The notes beneath the pieces are model-generated. The model was not told where the DNA came from and did not search any database. It saw only the letters and a program-made list of their open reading frames with translations. A stretch of 64,000 nt of DNA from Bdellovibrionales bacterium (lineage in GTDB: Bacteria; Bdellovibrionota; Bdellovibrionia; Bdellovibrionales; UBA1609): positions 224,540-288,539 of the forward strand of contig OZ241911.1 of the NCBI GenBank assembly GCA_965203785.1. Reading direction: 5' to 3'. Below are positions 27,627-38,616 of this stretch, in pieces. A program made the position numbers and the translations under genes. The stretch's first letter is position 1. Each line of letters begins with the position of its first letter.

Positions 27627-28160
27627 TTAATCTCTCCTCGACTGAAAATCAGAACCATCTAACCAATCTTCTAATACTTGCTCTCTTTGAGAAATAGATT
27701 TTAATTGCTTGTTTTCTTTCTCCAACAAAGCACACAGAGTCCGAAAATCCATTAATTTATTTTGTAAATCTAAAATTTGTCGATCTTTTAATTCTAACTG
27801 TTGGCAAAGCTTCATTTGAGATTCTAATAATTTATCCACAACAGGAGATCCCCCCTGGTCTAATTTAACTGAGTCTAATTTGACTGGCTCCAATTTAAAA
27901 TCTTCCTCCACCGAAGTTTTTAAATTTTTTGACCGATAGGGGAGTGATTCACTCGCTGGATCACTCACTAGATCAGTAGTTGATTCAGCAGTTATACTAT
28001 CTTTAAGTTTTTTTAAATCTTTTAACGATCGATCTTTTAAAAAGTATTTCCCATTTTTTAAATGAACCACTAATTGTCCAGACCGAATACGCCTTCTCAA
28101 AGTAGAAATACTCACCCCATATTTATTTGAATACTCACTTAAAGAAAGCCAAGCTTCCAA
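27627..28160 (-). CDS. HTH (excisionase/MerR-like, HTH_17-type) DNA-binding protein with a C-terminal coiled coil
   Basis: LSLSEYSNKYGVSISTLRRRIRSGQL..NGKYFL is HTH_17-like. The C-terminal half is a predicted coiled coil. The likely start is the TTG at 28160, 8 nt after a perfect AGGAGG. The track ORF starts at GTG 28178. Confidence 0.55.
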   Translation of the reverse strand: MEAWLSLSEYSNKYGVSISTLRRRIRSGQLVVHLKNGKYFLKDRSLKDLKKLKDSITAESTTDLVSDPASESLPYRSKNLKTSVEEDFKLEPVKLDSVKLDQGGSPVVDKLLESQMKLCQQLELKDRQILDLQNKLMDFRTLCALLEKENKQLKSISQREQVLEDWLDGSDFQSRRD

Positions 28161-28460
28161 AGTTCTACCCCTCCTCACTCATTAGAATTGACCAATTAAA
28201 ACTATCCTATATAATTTGACTATCCATAATGTCCACTATTTTCTCCTATTTATTTCTTTTCTCTTTTTGACTATTCATTCCTTTAATCCTCTTAATTTAT
28301 TATAATTACTACATTTAATGGTCGCATGCCTGTTTTTTTAAAAAATTATGACTACTTTGAATACTCTTTTGAGGTAGTCAAATTTTTATAATAATGGTTA
28401 TTTAATCTATCGAGTATTGATCACAATATTTAGTTTTTACGAAAATTTAAGGATTTTTTT

Positions 28461-29927
28461 TTAAAATTCTAAAATAACCGGGAATAATCCCAATCCAATT
28501 GCTCCAATAGTGAGGAGAACATGGACACAAGTGATAAACAATTTTGGAGGCTTAATACTGACTTTTTGCATACTTGCTTTTTGTAATGGTTGAATAGTGT
28601 CTTCATCGGTTATTTGTTCCATATAAAAAATAGCTATCGGTTTTAAGTAATACCAAAAAGCCAAAGAAGAACCTAAAATAGTCCAAAAAAGCATCCACCA
28701 AAACCCCTGATCTACAAGACTTTGAAACAAAAAAAGTTTCGCCACAAATCCACCAAATGGAGGAAGCCCTGCCAAAGAAAGTAAAATTCCACTCGTTAAA
28801 ATAGCTAGTAAAGGATGACTTTGTGCATAATTTCTCAAGCTCAATAGGGGAGTGGAAAACGAATCTTCTCTTTCTAAAGGCCATAGACATAAAAAAGCTC
28901 CAATCGTGGTGACTGTGTAAATAATCAAATAATAAAAAAGACCTGCGGATGCTAGAGTCGAACCCATAATGGCAGATATTAAAATCATCAACAAATAGCC
29001 AGAATGAGAAATGGTAGAAAAAAGAAGTAATTTTTTAAAATCTTTTTGTAAGAAAGCTAAAACATTTCCAAAAACAACACTGAACACAGCTAACCATTGC
29101 AAAATTAAAATAAAAACAGATAGACCTTCCATAGAACCTGTGTTTTTTAGCCATTGATGCAAAGCTGTAAAAACAGCTATTTTCCATCCTCCAACCATTA
29201 AAATAAGAAGAGGAGTAAAAGAAGCCCTATAAATATCCGGAAGCCAAAACTGAAAAGGGAACACAGACACTTTAAATAAAAAGCCAATTAAAATAAAAAC
29301 AAATCCCACATTGATCAATCGAAAACGAGACAACAAATCTGGTAAAACTTGGAACAAACGAATTAAATCAAATTCCCCAGACAAACCCATCACCAAGGCC
29401 ACTCCATAAAGTAAAATGGCCGAAGCCACTGATCCCAATACAAAATATTGAAATCCGGCGATTAAAGCTCTACGCTCTTTTCCCAAAGCAATTAATAAAT
29501 AAAAAGCCATGGACGCCAATTCCAAACCAATAAAAGCAAGCAATAAATGATTAGAAAGCACTAATACAATAAACCCGGCAATCGAACTCAAATACAGAAA
29601 AAAAATTTCTGATAATTTGCTTAAGTCTACTTGTGGATGAAAGGGGCTAATTAAAATGACAACTCCAGCTAAACTTAAAAGTAAAAAAATAGCTCCCACT
29701 CGAAACGAATCCCATACAAAACTCTTCGAGACAAAAGAGATCGACTCCTTTCCCATCCAAAAATACATCACACATAAACCCGTCGACACCAAACCGCAAA
29801 TAGCCACCCCACTCGTCCAAGTAAAAAAATATTCTCGATTTTTATTCCAAAGCTTAAGGCTTAAAATCAAAACCCCAGTTAATAACACACCCCATACAGG
29901 TAAACTTAAAATAACATCATTCATCAT
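28461..29927 (-). CDS. nuoN: NADH-quinone oxidoreductase subunit N
   Basis: 488 aa polytopic antiporter-like protein. It is last in the nuo cluster and forms an ATGA overlap with nuoM. Confidence 0.9.
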   Translation of the reverse strand: MMNDVILSLPVWGVLLTGVLILSLKLWNKNREYFFTWTSGVAICGLVSTGLCVMYFWMGKESISFVSKSFVWDSFRVGAIFLLLSLAGVVILISPFHPQVDLSKLSEIFFLYLSSIAGFIVLVLSNHLLLAFIGLELASMAFYLLIALGKERRALIAGFQYFVLGSVASAILLYGVALVMGLSGEFDLIRLFQVLPDLLSRFRLINVGFVFILIGFLFKVSVFPFQFWLPDIYRASFTPLLILMVGGWKIAVFTALHQWLKNTGSMEGLSVFILILQWLAVFSVVFGNVLAFLQKDFKKLLLFSTISHSGYLLMILISAIMGSTLASAGLFYYLIIYTVTTIGAFLCLWPLEREDSFSTPLLSLRNYAQSHPLLAILTSGILLSLAGLPPFGGFVAKLFLFQSLVDQGFWWMLFWTILGSSLAFWYYLKPIAIFYMEQITDEDTIQPLQKASMQKVSIKPPKLFITCVHVLLTIGAIGLGLFPVILEF

Positions 29928-31459
29928 CTATTGCCTTTATCCATGTTTTGAAAATGACTGATTGGTACTAACTGATAAGAATTTTTAGATCTGATTAAAT
30001 GATTTAAACTTTTTTCTGAATATTTTAAGAAAAAAGATGGGAAAAACCCCATCCCAAAAATTAATAAACTAATTGGTAATATTAACCAAACTTCCCTTCT
30101 ACTCAAATCATCTATTTTGTGAATTTTTTTTCCAGTTTCTCCATAAAAAACTCGATGAATAAGATACAACATATAACCAGCCCCTAAAACCACCGCAAGT
30201 AGAGCCATTATCATGCCTCCAAAATGTCCGGCAAAAAATGCTCCCAACAATACAAAAAATTCGGACACAAAACCTCCCGTTCCGGGTAAGGCAATCGCCG
30301 ATAGAGAAATACTTATAAAGAAAATAGATAAAATAGGCATCCTCTTTGCCAATCCTCCATAATCTGCAATATCTAACATGTGAGTTCTCTTATAAATCAT
30401 TCCCACCAATAAAAACAAACCAGCTGAAGATAAACCGTGAGATAACATCTGATAGAAAGCCCCTGTTGCTCCATAAATATTTAAACTAAATAATCCAACT
30501 AAAATAAATCCCATGTGAGATATCGAAGAATAGGCAACCAATTTTTTAATATTGGTTTGAGATAAGGCCATTAATGCCCCATAGACAATACTGCAACCAC
30601 CTACCCAAGATAAAACAGGAGAAAAAGATTCGACCGACTGAGGAAATAAAGGAAATAAAAATCGAAAAAAACCATAAGCTCCCATTTTTAAAACCACCCC
30701 AGCAAGCCATGCAGACCCACTAGCTGGAGCCTCCCCATGAGCCAAGGGTAGCCAAGTATGAAATGGCACCACTGGAAGCTTAATAGCAAATCCAATCAAA
30801 AAACAAAAAAACAAAATATTTTGCTGATTAAATACCTGACTGGTCGAAAAAGCGGGAACTAATTGATAAAAATCTAAAAGATTTGAACTCATTTTCCCTG
30901 TAGATTGGGCAGTTAAATACATTAAAGAGACAATCCCCGTTAATAAAAACAAAGAACCCAGCCCTGTGTAGATAAAAAATTTTATGCTCGCTTGAATTCG
31001 CTCTTTTCCTCCCCAAATTCCAATAATTAAATAAAGTGGCACTAAAGAACTTTCAAAAAAAACATAAAACACTACGGCATCCAAAGATAAAAAAGTTCCC
31101 ATAATAGCCGTCACCATTAAAAACAAACATATATAAAACCCTTTAACTTTTTTTTGAATCACATCCCATGATGCCCATACACTAATAGGAGTTAAAAAAG
31201 CTGTTAAAAGCACAAACCAAAAAGACAAACCATCAATGGCTACAAAATACTGAACACCTAAAAAAGAAATCCATTCCATTTGTTCTATAAATTGCAATTT
31301 TTCTGTATCTCCATTAAAGCTAAATAAAAGAGACAAACTGAATAAAAAATACCCCATACTAAAAATTAAACTTATTAACTGTATCCACCAAATGCGATTG
31401 GGAGCAGTGACTAAAAACAAAGCAAAAATTAAAGGGGCAAAAATTAAAGCACTTAACAT
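29924..31459 (-). CDS. nuoM: NADH-quinone oxidoreductase subunit M
   Basis: 511 aa ND4-like antiporter subunit (HTWLPLAHGEAP). Confidence 0.9.
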   Translation of the reverse strand: MLSALIFAPLIFALFLVTAPNRIWWIQLISLIFSMGYFLFSLSLLFSFNGDTEKLQFIEQMEWISFLGVQYFVAIDGLSFWFVLLTAFLTPISVWASWDVIQKKVKGFYICLFLMVTAIMGTFLSLDAVVFYVFFESSLVPLYLIIGIWGGKERIQASIKFFIYTGLGSLFLLTGIVSLMYLTAQSTGKMSSNLLDFYQLVPAFSTSQVFNQQNILFFCFLIGFAIKLPVVPFHTWLPLAHGEAPASGSAWLAGVVLKMGAYGFFRFLFPLFPQSVESFSPVLSWVGGCSIVYGALMALSQTNIKKLVAYSSISHMGFILVGLFSLNIYGATGAFYQMLSHGLSSAGLFLLVGMIYKRTHMLDIADYGGLAKRMPILSIFFISISLSAIALPGTGGFVSEFFVLLGAFFAGHFGGMIMALLAVVLGAGYMLYLIHRVFYGETGKKIHKIDDLSRREVWLILPISLLIFGMGFFPSFFLKYSEKSLNHLIRSKNSYQLVPISHFQNMDKGNR

Positions 31460-31463
31460 TTTA

Positions 31464-33389
31464 CTATCCTAATAAAATTCCTAAAATAAACACAATGAGT
31501 CCTAATAGCATAAATAAAATATAATACTGTATATCTTTACTCTGCCAAAAAGAAAACACCTCTCGCAAAGCTTGAATCCATTTTCGAACAAAAAAGATCA
31601 TACCTTGAATGCACTTAATATCTACAACACTTGCTAACTCTTGGCTTAAATTTAAAACAGGAGTGACTATTTGTTTTCGATAAAAATCATCCACCCCTCC
31701 TCCATTTTTTAACCAATTAAATAGCAATAAATGTTTTCTCTTATATGTTTCTAAAAAAAGAGGCTTTTTGAGATATAAAAAAGCCGTTAAAACTCCAACT
31801 GACACCACTCCCAACACCGATCCCCCCATCAATAACACTTCTGATACTAAAGACCCATGAGTTAAAGCCTTCTCACCCAAAGGGAAAGCAGAAAAAACAG
31901 GTTGTAAAAACCACTCCAATAAATGAGGAAAATGAAACCCCAAACTATCTGTCCATAAATGAGGAATCCCCAGTATTCCCGATCCGATCGATAAAACTGA
32001 TAATACACTTAAAGGAATTAAAACCCCTATTCCTCCCTCGTGAAGTGTTTGAGAAAAATCTTTTTTTGGGCAAACATAAAAAACACAAACAACTAATCGA
32101 GTGATATAAAAAGCTGTTAAAAGAGCTGTTAAAAACAAAAGAATGAATACAAAAATATTTCCAGACGAAAAAGCTTTCCATAAAATTTCATCTTTACTAA
32201 AAAAACCGCAAAACGGAGGAAGCCCCATTAAAGAAGCTGACCCAACTAATACTCCCACCCATGTCCACGGAAGATGTTTTCTCAATCCCCCCATGTTCCA
32301 AATATTTTGTTCCCCTTGAAGGCTATGGATAATAGACCCAGCTGATAAAAACAACAAAGCTTTAAAAAAAGCATGAGTCATTAAATGAAAAAACCCCGTG
32401 CTAAAAGCTCCTATTCCCATAGCAGAAAACATATACCCCAATTGCGAAATTGTAGAATAAGCTAAAACCTTTTTTATATCACTTTGAACACAAGCAAAAA
32501 GAGCAGAAACCAATGCCCCTATAGCCCCTATCCAGCCCATCCAACTTAAAATAACATGAGCTAAACTCAATAAACCCGTTAACCGCCCCATGAGATAAAT
32601 TCCCGCTGTGACCATCGTTGCCGCATGAATTAAAGCCGATACCGGCGTAGGACCCGCCATTGCCGAAGGAAGCCATACAAATAAAGGAATTTGAGCTGAT
32701 TTTCCAATTGCTCCAATCAATAAACATAAACACGCTATATTGACCCAAAAAATATTTAAAACTTCTCCTTCCATTATCATTGTATCGAGTTCTTGAAATT
32801 TTAAAGAACCAAAATAAAAAAATAAAATAAACATCCCCAATAAAAAACCCAAATCTCCTATCCGATTTACAATAAAAGCCTTCATTCCCGCTCGAGATTT
32901 TTTTTCATCTTGAAACCAAAATCCAATCAACAGATAAGAACAAAGCCCGACCCCTTCCCACCCCACAAACATCAATAAAAGATGATCTGCTAAAACTAAA
33001 ATCATCATACTCAACAAAAATAAATTTAAATAAGCAAAATATCGAGCGGGCCGTTTATCTTCAGCCATATAATACACACTAAATAAATGAATTAAAAAAC
33101 CAACACCTGTAATAATTAACAGCATCAATACACTTAAAGGATCCACTAAAAAAGAAAAAGAAAGATCTAAATTACCAACTTTTACCCAAGGAATAAAAGA
33201 CACTGTAAAAAATTCTTGAGAAGAACTTAATAAACCACCAAATAAAAATAAAGAGCTAATAAAAGAAAGCCCACAAGCAATACTCCCTATCCAACCGGCA
33301 ATTAATACTTGCGAACTTCTCCAATTCCAACCATTGACTAAAAAACCAACAAAAGGGGATAGTAGTAAAAATGCCGTCCACTCACTCAT
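31464..33389 (-). CDS. nuoL: NADH-quinone oxidoreductase subunit L
   Basis: 641 aa ND5-like subunit (WLPSAMAGPTPVSALIHAATMV) with a long C-terminal extension. Confidence 0.9.
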   Translation of the reverse strand: MSEWTAFLLLSPFVGFLVNGWNWRSSQVLIAGWIGSIACGLSFISSLFLFGGLLSSSQEFFTVSFIPWVKVGNLDLSFSFLVDPLSVLMLLIITGVGFLIHLFSVYYMAEDKRPARYFAYLNLFLLSMMILVLADHLLLMFVGWEGVGLCSYLLIGFWFQDEKKSRAGMKAFIVNRIGDLGFLLGMFILFFYFGSLKFQELDTMIMEGEVLNIFWVNIACLCLLIGAIGKSAQIPLFVWLPSAMAGPTPVSALIHAATMVTAGIYLMGRLTGLLSLAHVILSWMGWIGAIGALVSALFACVQSDIKKVLAYSTISQLGYMFSAMGIGAFSTGFFHLMTHAFFKALLFLSAGSIIHSLQGEQNIWNMGGLRKHLPWTWVGVLVGSASLMGLPPFCGFFSKDEILWKAFSSGNIFVFILLFLTALLTAFYITRLVVCVFYVCPKKDFSQTLHEGGIGVLIPLSVLSVLSIGSGILGIPHLWTDSLGFHFPHLLEWFLQPVFSAFPLGEKALTHGSLVSEVLLMGGSVLGVVSVGVLTAFLYLKKPLFLETYKRKHLLLFNWLKNGGGVDDFYRKQIVTPVLNLSQELASVVDIKCIQGMIFFVRKWIQALREVFSFWQSKDIQYYILFMLLGLIVFILGILLG

Positions 33390-33693
33390 TATTAAAATTT
33401 CCTTGAAGCCATTTTAAGTCAGCTGGTTTAAATCTTCGACTAATTACCACAATCAAAGCTAATCCCACTCCAGCTTCTGCCGCAGCAATACTCATCACAA
33501 AAAAAGCACAAACTTGTGCAGATAATAAAACATAAAATTGACTGAAAGTTACAAAAACTAAATTAACTGCATTTAACATCAGCTCAATACTCATTAACAT
33601 CACCAATAAATTACGACGAGAAAGCACTCCAAAAAGCCCTAAGACAAATAACAATAAAGATACAAATAAAAAATGATGAGGACCTATTACCAT
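33382..33693 (-). CDS. nuoK: NADH-quinone oxidoreductase subunit K
   Basis: 103 aa ND4L-like protein with three TM helices (SIELMLNAVNL, AAAEAGVGLA). Confidence 0.9.
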   Translation of the reverse strand: MVIGPHHFLFVSLLLFVLGLFGVLSRRNLLVMLMSIELMLNAVNLVFVTFSQFYVLLSAQVCAFFVMSIAAAEAGVGLALIVVISRRFKPADLKWLQGNFNNE

Positions 33694-33696
33694 CTC

Positions 33697-34200
33697 TTAA
33701 CCCTCTTTGTTCTCTAAACGACATAAAACTGTTGCCCCAATGGCAATCACTAAAAGCAATATTCCCATCAATTCAAATGCTAAAATATAATCTGAAAAAA
33801 GAAGTTTAGCTAAAGCTCGAGTGTCCACAACAGATATTTTTTGAAACACAACCGGCTGAACTAAATACAGAGAATAGGGAAATACCCCCCCTATTAAACC
33901 AATAAAGAAAAACAAAACACCCGTGTTCCACTTAGTTAGAGAATTAAATAAAGGACCTTCATTTTTTTTTAAATCAAACAACATGACAACCATAATAAAT
34001 AAAACCATTACGGCTCCCGCATAAACTAACACCTGAACCATAGCTATAAAATGAGCTCCTAAAATAAAAAACAAGCCACTCAGTGCCAGCATAGAACCAG
34101 CTAAATGCAAAGCACATACCAATAAATGACGATGAGTCACCACTTGCAAAGCACCGTATAAAACAATTCCAGATAAAAGAAAAAATAAAACTTCTGACAT
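33697..34200 (-). CDS. nuoJ: NADH-quinone oxidoreductase subunit J
   Basis: 167 aa ND6-like protein (VQVLVYAGAVMVLF). Confidence 0.85.
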   Translation of the reverse strand: MSEVLFFLLSGIVLYGALQVVTHRHLLVCALHLAGSMLALSGLFFILGAHFIAMVQVLVYAGAVMVLFIMVVMLFDLKKNEGPLFNSLTKWNTGVLFFFIGLIGGVFPYSLYLVQPVVFQKISVVDTRALAKLLFSDYILAFELMGILLLVIAIGATVLCRLENKEG

Positions 34201-35364
34201 TTAAATTAAAAAATCCTTTGATCGCATTAAAAATATCCAAACAGAAGTGACAACTGTATTTAATAAAGCCCATGGCAGAAGAGTCTTCCATCCTAAATCC
34301 ATGAGTTGATCATATCGAAATCGAGGTAAGGTCCATCGAACCCAAATAAAAATCCATAAAAAAACAAGTAACTTTAACATAAAAACCCCAAATAAAATTA
34401 AAGAAGTCAATAAACTAACTGAAAAAGGAGTCAAAGGATTAAACCAATCACTAATCGTTTGAGGAGTTAAAAAAGGCCACAAAGTATAACCTCCAAAATA
34501 AAAAGTTACCATTAAAGCAGCTGCCGTTAAAATATGACCATATTCTCCCATATAAAACATAATAATTTTAATCCCTCCATATTCGGTATGGTAGCCTGCT
34601 ACTAATTCGGCTTCCGCTTCTGGTAGATCAAAAGGTAGACGATTGCTTTCTGCAAATAAGGCTACAAACAAAAGTAAAGCTCCCAATGGTTGATAAAAAA
34701 TTCCCCAATTGGGAAGAAAAGACCAAACGATCTCTTGGTTAAAAAAAGAAAATCGCAAAGGCCCCGATTGAATGGAAATCATTTCCAAAAAATCAAAAGT
34801 GTTATAAAGCAATAAAACGCCCACAATAGAAAGACTTAAAGCCAATTCATAACTAATGGCTTGTGCCCCCGCACGTAAGGCTCCATAGAGAGAAAATTTA
34901 CTACCAGAAGACCAACCAGCCAATAAAATAGGATAAACGGCCAAAGACCCAACCGCCAATACAAACACCACACTGGCATTCATCACAAAAGATTGAAAAT
35001 AAAAAACATAAGGACCCCAAGACATCCCCAACCATTCAAAACTGCCAACTTCCACAGGAGCTGATAAAGGAATCGCTCCAAATGCTAATACCGCTGGAAT
35101 AAGAGATAAAATAGGTGCCATATAAAAAAAGATACGATTTCCTCCTCGGCATAAAAAATCCTCTTTAAATAAAAACTTGACCAGATCTGCCAAAAGCTGA
35201 GTAAGACCTAAAGGACCTACTCGATTAGGACCTAAACGATTTTGAATGAAAGCTGAACCTCTTCTTTCTACCCAAACCAAAAGGGGAACCATCTGAACCA
35301 TTAATACAAAAATTCCAATTATCTTAATAAAATTAACTGCAATTTCAAAAATATCTTTTCCCAT
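34201..35364 (-). CDS. nuoH: NADH-quinone oxidoreductase subunit H
   Basis: 387 aa ND1-like protein (VERRGSAFIQNRLGPNRVGPLGLTQ, ESNRLPFDLPEAEAELVAGYHTEY). Confidence 0.9.
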   Translation of the reverse strand: MGKDIFEIAVNFIKIIGIFVLMVQMVPLLVWVERRGSAFIQNRLGPNRVGPLGLTQLLADLVKFLFKEDFLCRGGNRIFFYMAPILSLIPAVLAFGAIPLSAPVEVGSFEWLGMSWGPYVFYFQSFVMNASVVFVLAVGSLAVYPILLAGWSSGSKFSLYGALRAGAQAISYELALSLSIVGVLLLYNTFDFLEMISIQSGPLRFSFFNQEIVWSFLPNWGIFYQPLGALLLFVALFAESNRLPFDLPEAEAELVAGYHTEYGGIKIIMFYMGEYGHILTAAALMVTFYFGGYTLWPFLTPQTISDWFNPLTPFSVSLLTSLILFGVFMLKLLVFLWIFIWVRWTLPRFRYDQLMDLGWKTLLPWALLNTVVTSVWIFLMRSKDFLI

Positions 35365-35371
35365 AACCCCT

Positions 35372-35746
35372 TTATTTCCACTGCAAAGCTTTAGAAAAAA
35401 TCTCCCAAATTAAACCATAAATAAAAATTAATAAAAATACCCCCATAGCTAATAACACCTTCCAACCTTCTCCCTCTAAAATAAAGTCATTAAATGTCAA
35501 CGCCCATGGGTAAAGAAAAATAATTTCAATATCAAATAAAATAAATAATATCGCTGTTAAATAAAACTGCACAGACACTTGGCTGGTCTTTTTTACCTCT
35601 CCCCTCAAACCACATTCATAAGGCAGGCTTTTATCTAAAGAAGAACTAGCAGGTGAAATCCCCAACAATTTAGCAATCCCCATTAGCAAACTACCAAATG
35701 CAATAACTACCCCAATGCAAATTAAAATTGGCAATAAAGAATTCAT
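35372..35746 (-). CDS. nuoA: NADH-quinone oxidoreductase subunit A
   Basis: 124 aa ND3-like protein (PYECG, FDIEIIFLYPWA). A strong SD, GGAGAGGAGGGGG, lies upstream. The start is 15 nt after the atpC stop. Confidence 0.9.
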   Translation of the reverse strand: MNSLLPILICIGVVIAFGSLLMGIAKLLGISPASSSLDKSLPYECGLRGEVKKTSQVSVQFYLTAILFILFDIEIIFLYPWALTFNDFILEGEGWKVLLAMGVFLLIFIYGLIWEIFSKALQWK

Positions 35747-35761
35747 ACCCCCTCCTCTCCT

Positions 35762-36022
35762 TTATGGTGACTCCAAAACCGATTCCGCCAGAATAATGAC
35801 TTCGTTAAATCGTATTTCACACCATCCCCACTGAATAGGCAAAACCTGAAACTGCTGATCCGATGGTAATCGATACTTTAATTCTCCAGACCCTAAAGTA
35901 GAAACTAATGGTGCATGATGAGGTAAAACCCCCAACTGACCAGTTTCCCCCGGCACATTAATTTCTTCTACAGATACTCCCTCTAAAATTAATTTTTGAG
36001 GAGTGACAATTGTTAATTTCAT
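35762..36022 (-). CDS. atpC: F1 ATP synthase epsilon subunit, N-terminal beta-sandwich only (86 aa)
   Basis: MKLTIVTPQKLILEGVSVEEINVPGETGQLGVLPHHAPLVS is a typical epsilon N-terminal domain. The stop is followed within 15 nt by nuoA, which leaves no room for the helical C-terminal domain. Confidence 0.85.
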   Translation of the reverse strand: MKLTIVTPQKLILEGVSVEEINVPGETGQLGVLPHHAPLVSTLGSGELKYRLPSDQQFQVLPIQWGWCEIRFNEVIILAESVLESP

Positions 36023-36052
36023 AAACTAAAAAACCTGAATCTTATTTTGATA

Positions 36053-37462
<1,410 letters not shown>

Positions 37463-37523
37463 TCAACTTCTCCTTTAAAAACCCCTGTTTTAAATCAATT
37501 ATTTAAACCCAGCCTTTTACACA

Positions 37524-38396
37524 TCACGACTTCATCGATTCGGCACCACTTGAAACTTCAATCAATTCAGTTGTAATAGAGCTTTGCCTGAGCTTATTAA
37601 AAGTCAATGTTAAATGAGAAATAATATCTTTAGCATTTTTTTCTGCACTATCCATCGCCGACATTCTCGCTCCATACTCTGCTGCCACACTTTCACACAT
37701 ACAACGATAAATCTGCACTGTAAAGTGTTTAATAATCAAACCTTCTATGAGTTTCTGCGGAGGAACTTCAAAAATTAAATCCTTAGAAAACCTCGTTTGT
37801 CGATTCAAAGAAGCTTTGGATAAATCAACAGGTAAAAAAATCTCTTGTGTAACCTCTTGAAATAAAACAGATCTAAAACAATTATAAATTACATAAATTC
37901 CATCGTATCGACCAGATGTAAAATCATTCATTAATTTTTGAGATACCTTCTGTGCCAGAGAATAAGAAATCTCCTTATCTAATTGAGAAATATCTCCCAC
38001 CGAAGAAATTCCTCTAAAATGAAAATAATTTTTTGCCTTCTTGCCAATAAAGAAAAAATCCAAATCCATCTGATCTTTTTTTTCGTTATAAAAGGTTTCT
38101 GCAGATCGACAAATGTTGCTATTAAACCCACCACAAAGCCCTCGATCACTTGTCAGCACAACTAGTAAAGATTTTTTTAAACTCTTTTTTTTAACAAATA
38201 AAGGGTGCTGAACATCACAAGCACATGCCACATCTGCCATCACGGACAATAAATACTGAGCATACGGACGAAGATTCAAAATTCGGTCTTGAGCTTTTTT
38301 TAAGCGAGCTGTGGCGACCATCTTCATTGCTTTAGTAATTTGTCGAGTGTTTTGAACACTCGTAATCCGACCTCTAATTTCTTTTAAATGACTCAT
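37524..38396 (-). CDS. atpG: F1 ATP synthase gamma subunit
   Basis: 290 aa beginning MSHLKEIRGRITSVQNTRQITKAMKMVA, with ITTELIE in the C-terminal helix. Confidence 0.95.
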   Translation of the reverse strand: MSHLKEIRGRITSVQNTRQITKAMKMVATARLKKAQDRILNLRPYAQYLLSVMADVACACDVQHPLFVKKKSLKKSLLVVLTSDRGLCGGFNSNICRSAETFYNEKKDQMDLDFFFIGKKAKNYFHFRGISSVGDISQLDKEISYSLAQKVSQKLMNDFTSGRYDGIYVIYNCFRSVLFQEVTQEIFLPVDLSKASLNRQTRFSKDLIFEVPPQKLIEGLIIKHFTVQIYRCMCESVAAEYGARMSAMDSAEKNAKDIISHLTLTFNKLRQSSITTELIEVSSGAESMKS

Positions 38397-38616
38397 TTTT
38401 CAATAAATCCCACCTTAGTAGTCAATCGAATATTTTTCAAGATAAAAAAAGTAAAAGAGTGTTTAGTTTTAAGACCTCCTGGTTTTATGGGCTAAGAATG
38501 TTTTAGGTTTTTTTTATGTAGTGGCTGGATTTATATCCCCCAATCCTCACTTTTTAGAATAAAAAATAGACGATTGTCCCATTTAATCAATAGATAGAAA
38601 GTCCGAACACCTGGGT

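Noticed and set aside
27627-28178. Excisionase-type HTH protein as a marker of a prophage or integrative element
   Set aside because: There is no integrase, recombinase, att-like repeat, tRNA target or phage gene nearby. It is embedded between asnS and the nuo cluster in the same transcriptional direction.
28207-28278. Two mini-ORFs on the minus strand (MNSQKEKRNK and MDSQII) with SD-like sequences
   Set aside because: Their ATG(A/G)ATAGTCAA starts are simply the reverse complement of the recurrent TTGACTAT(T/C)CAT motif. At 6-10 codons they are too short to support a coding call.
38418-38425. TTGACT (minus strand) upstream of atpG as its -35 element
   Set aside because: The hexamer lies only 24-29 nt upstream of the atpG ATG, with the SD AAGGTGGGA in between. 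The geometry does not fit a -35 element for this gene.
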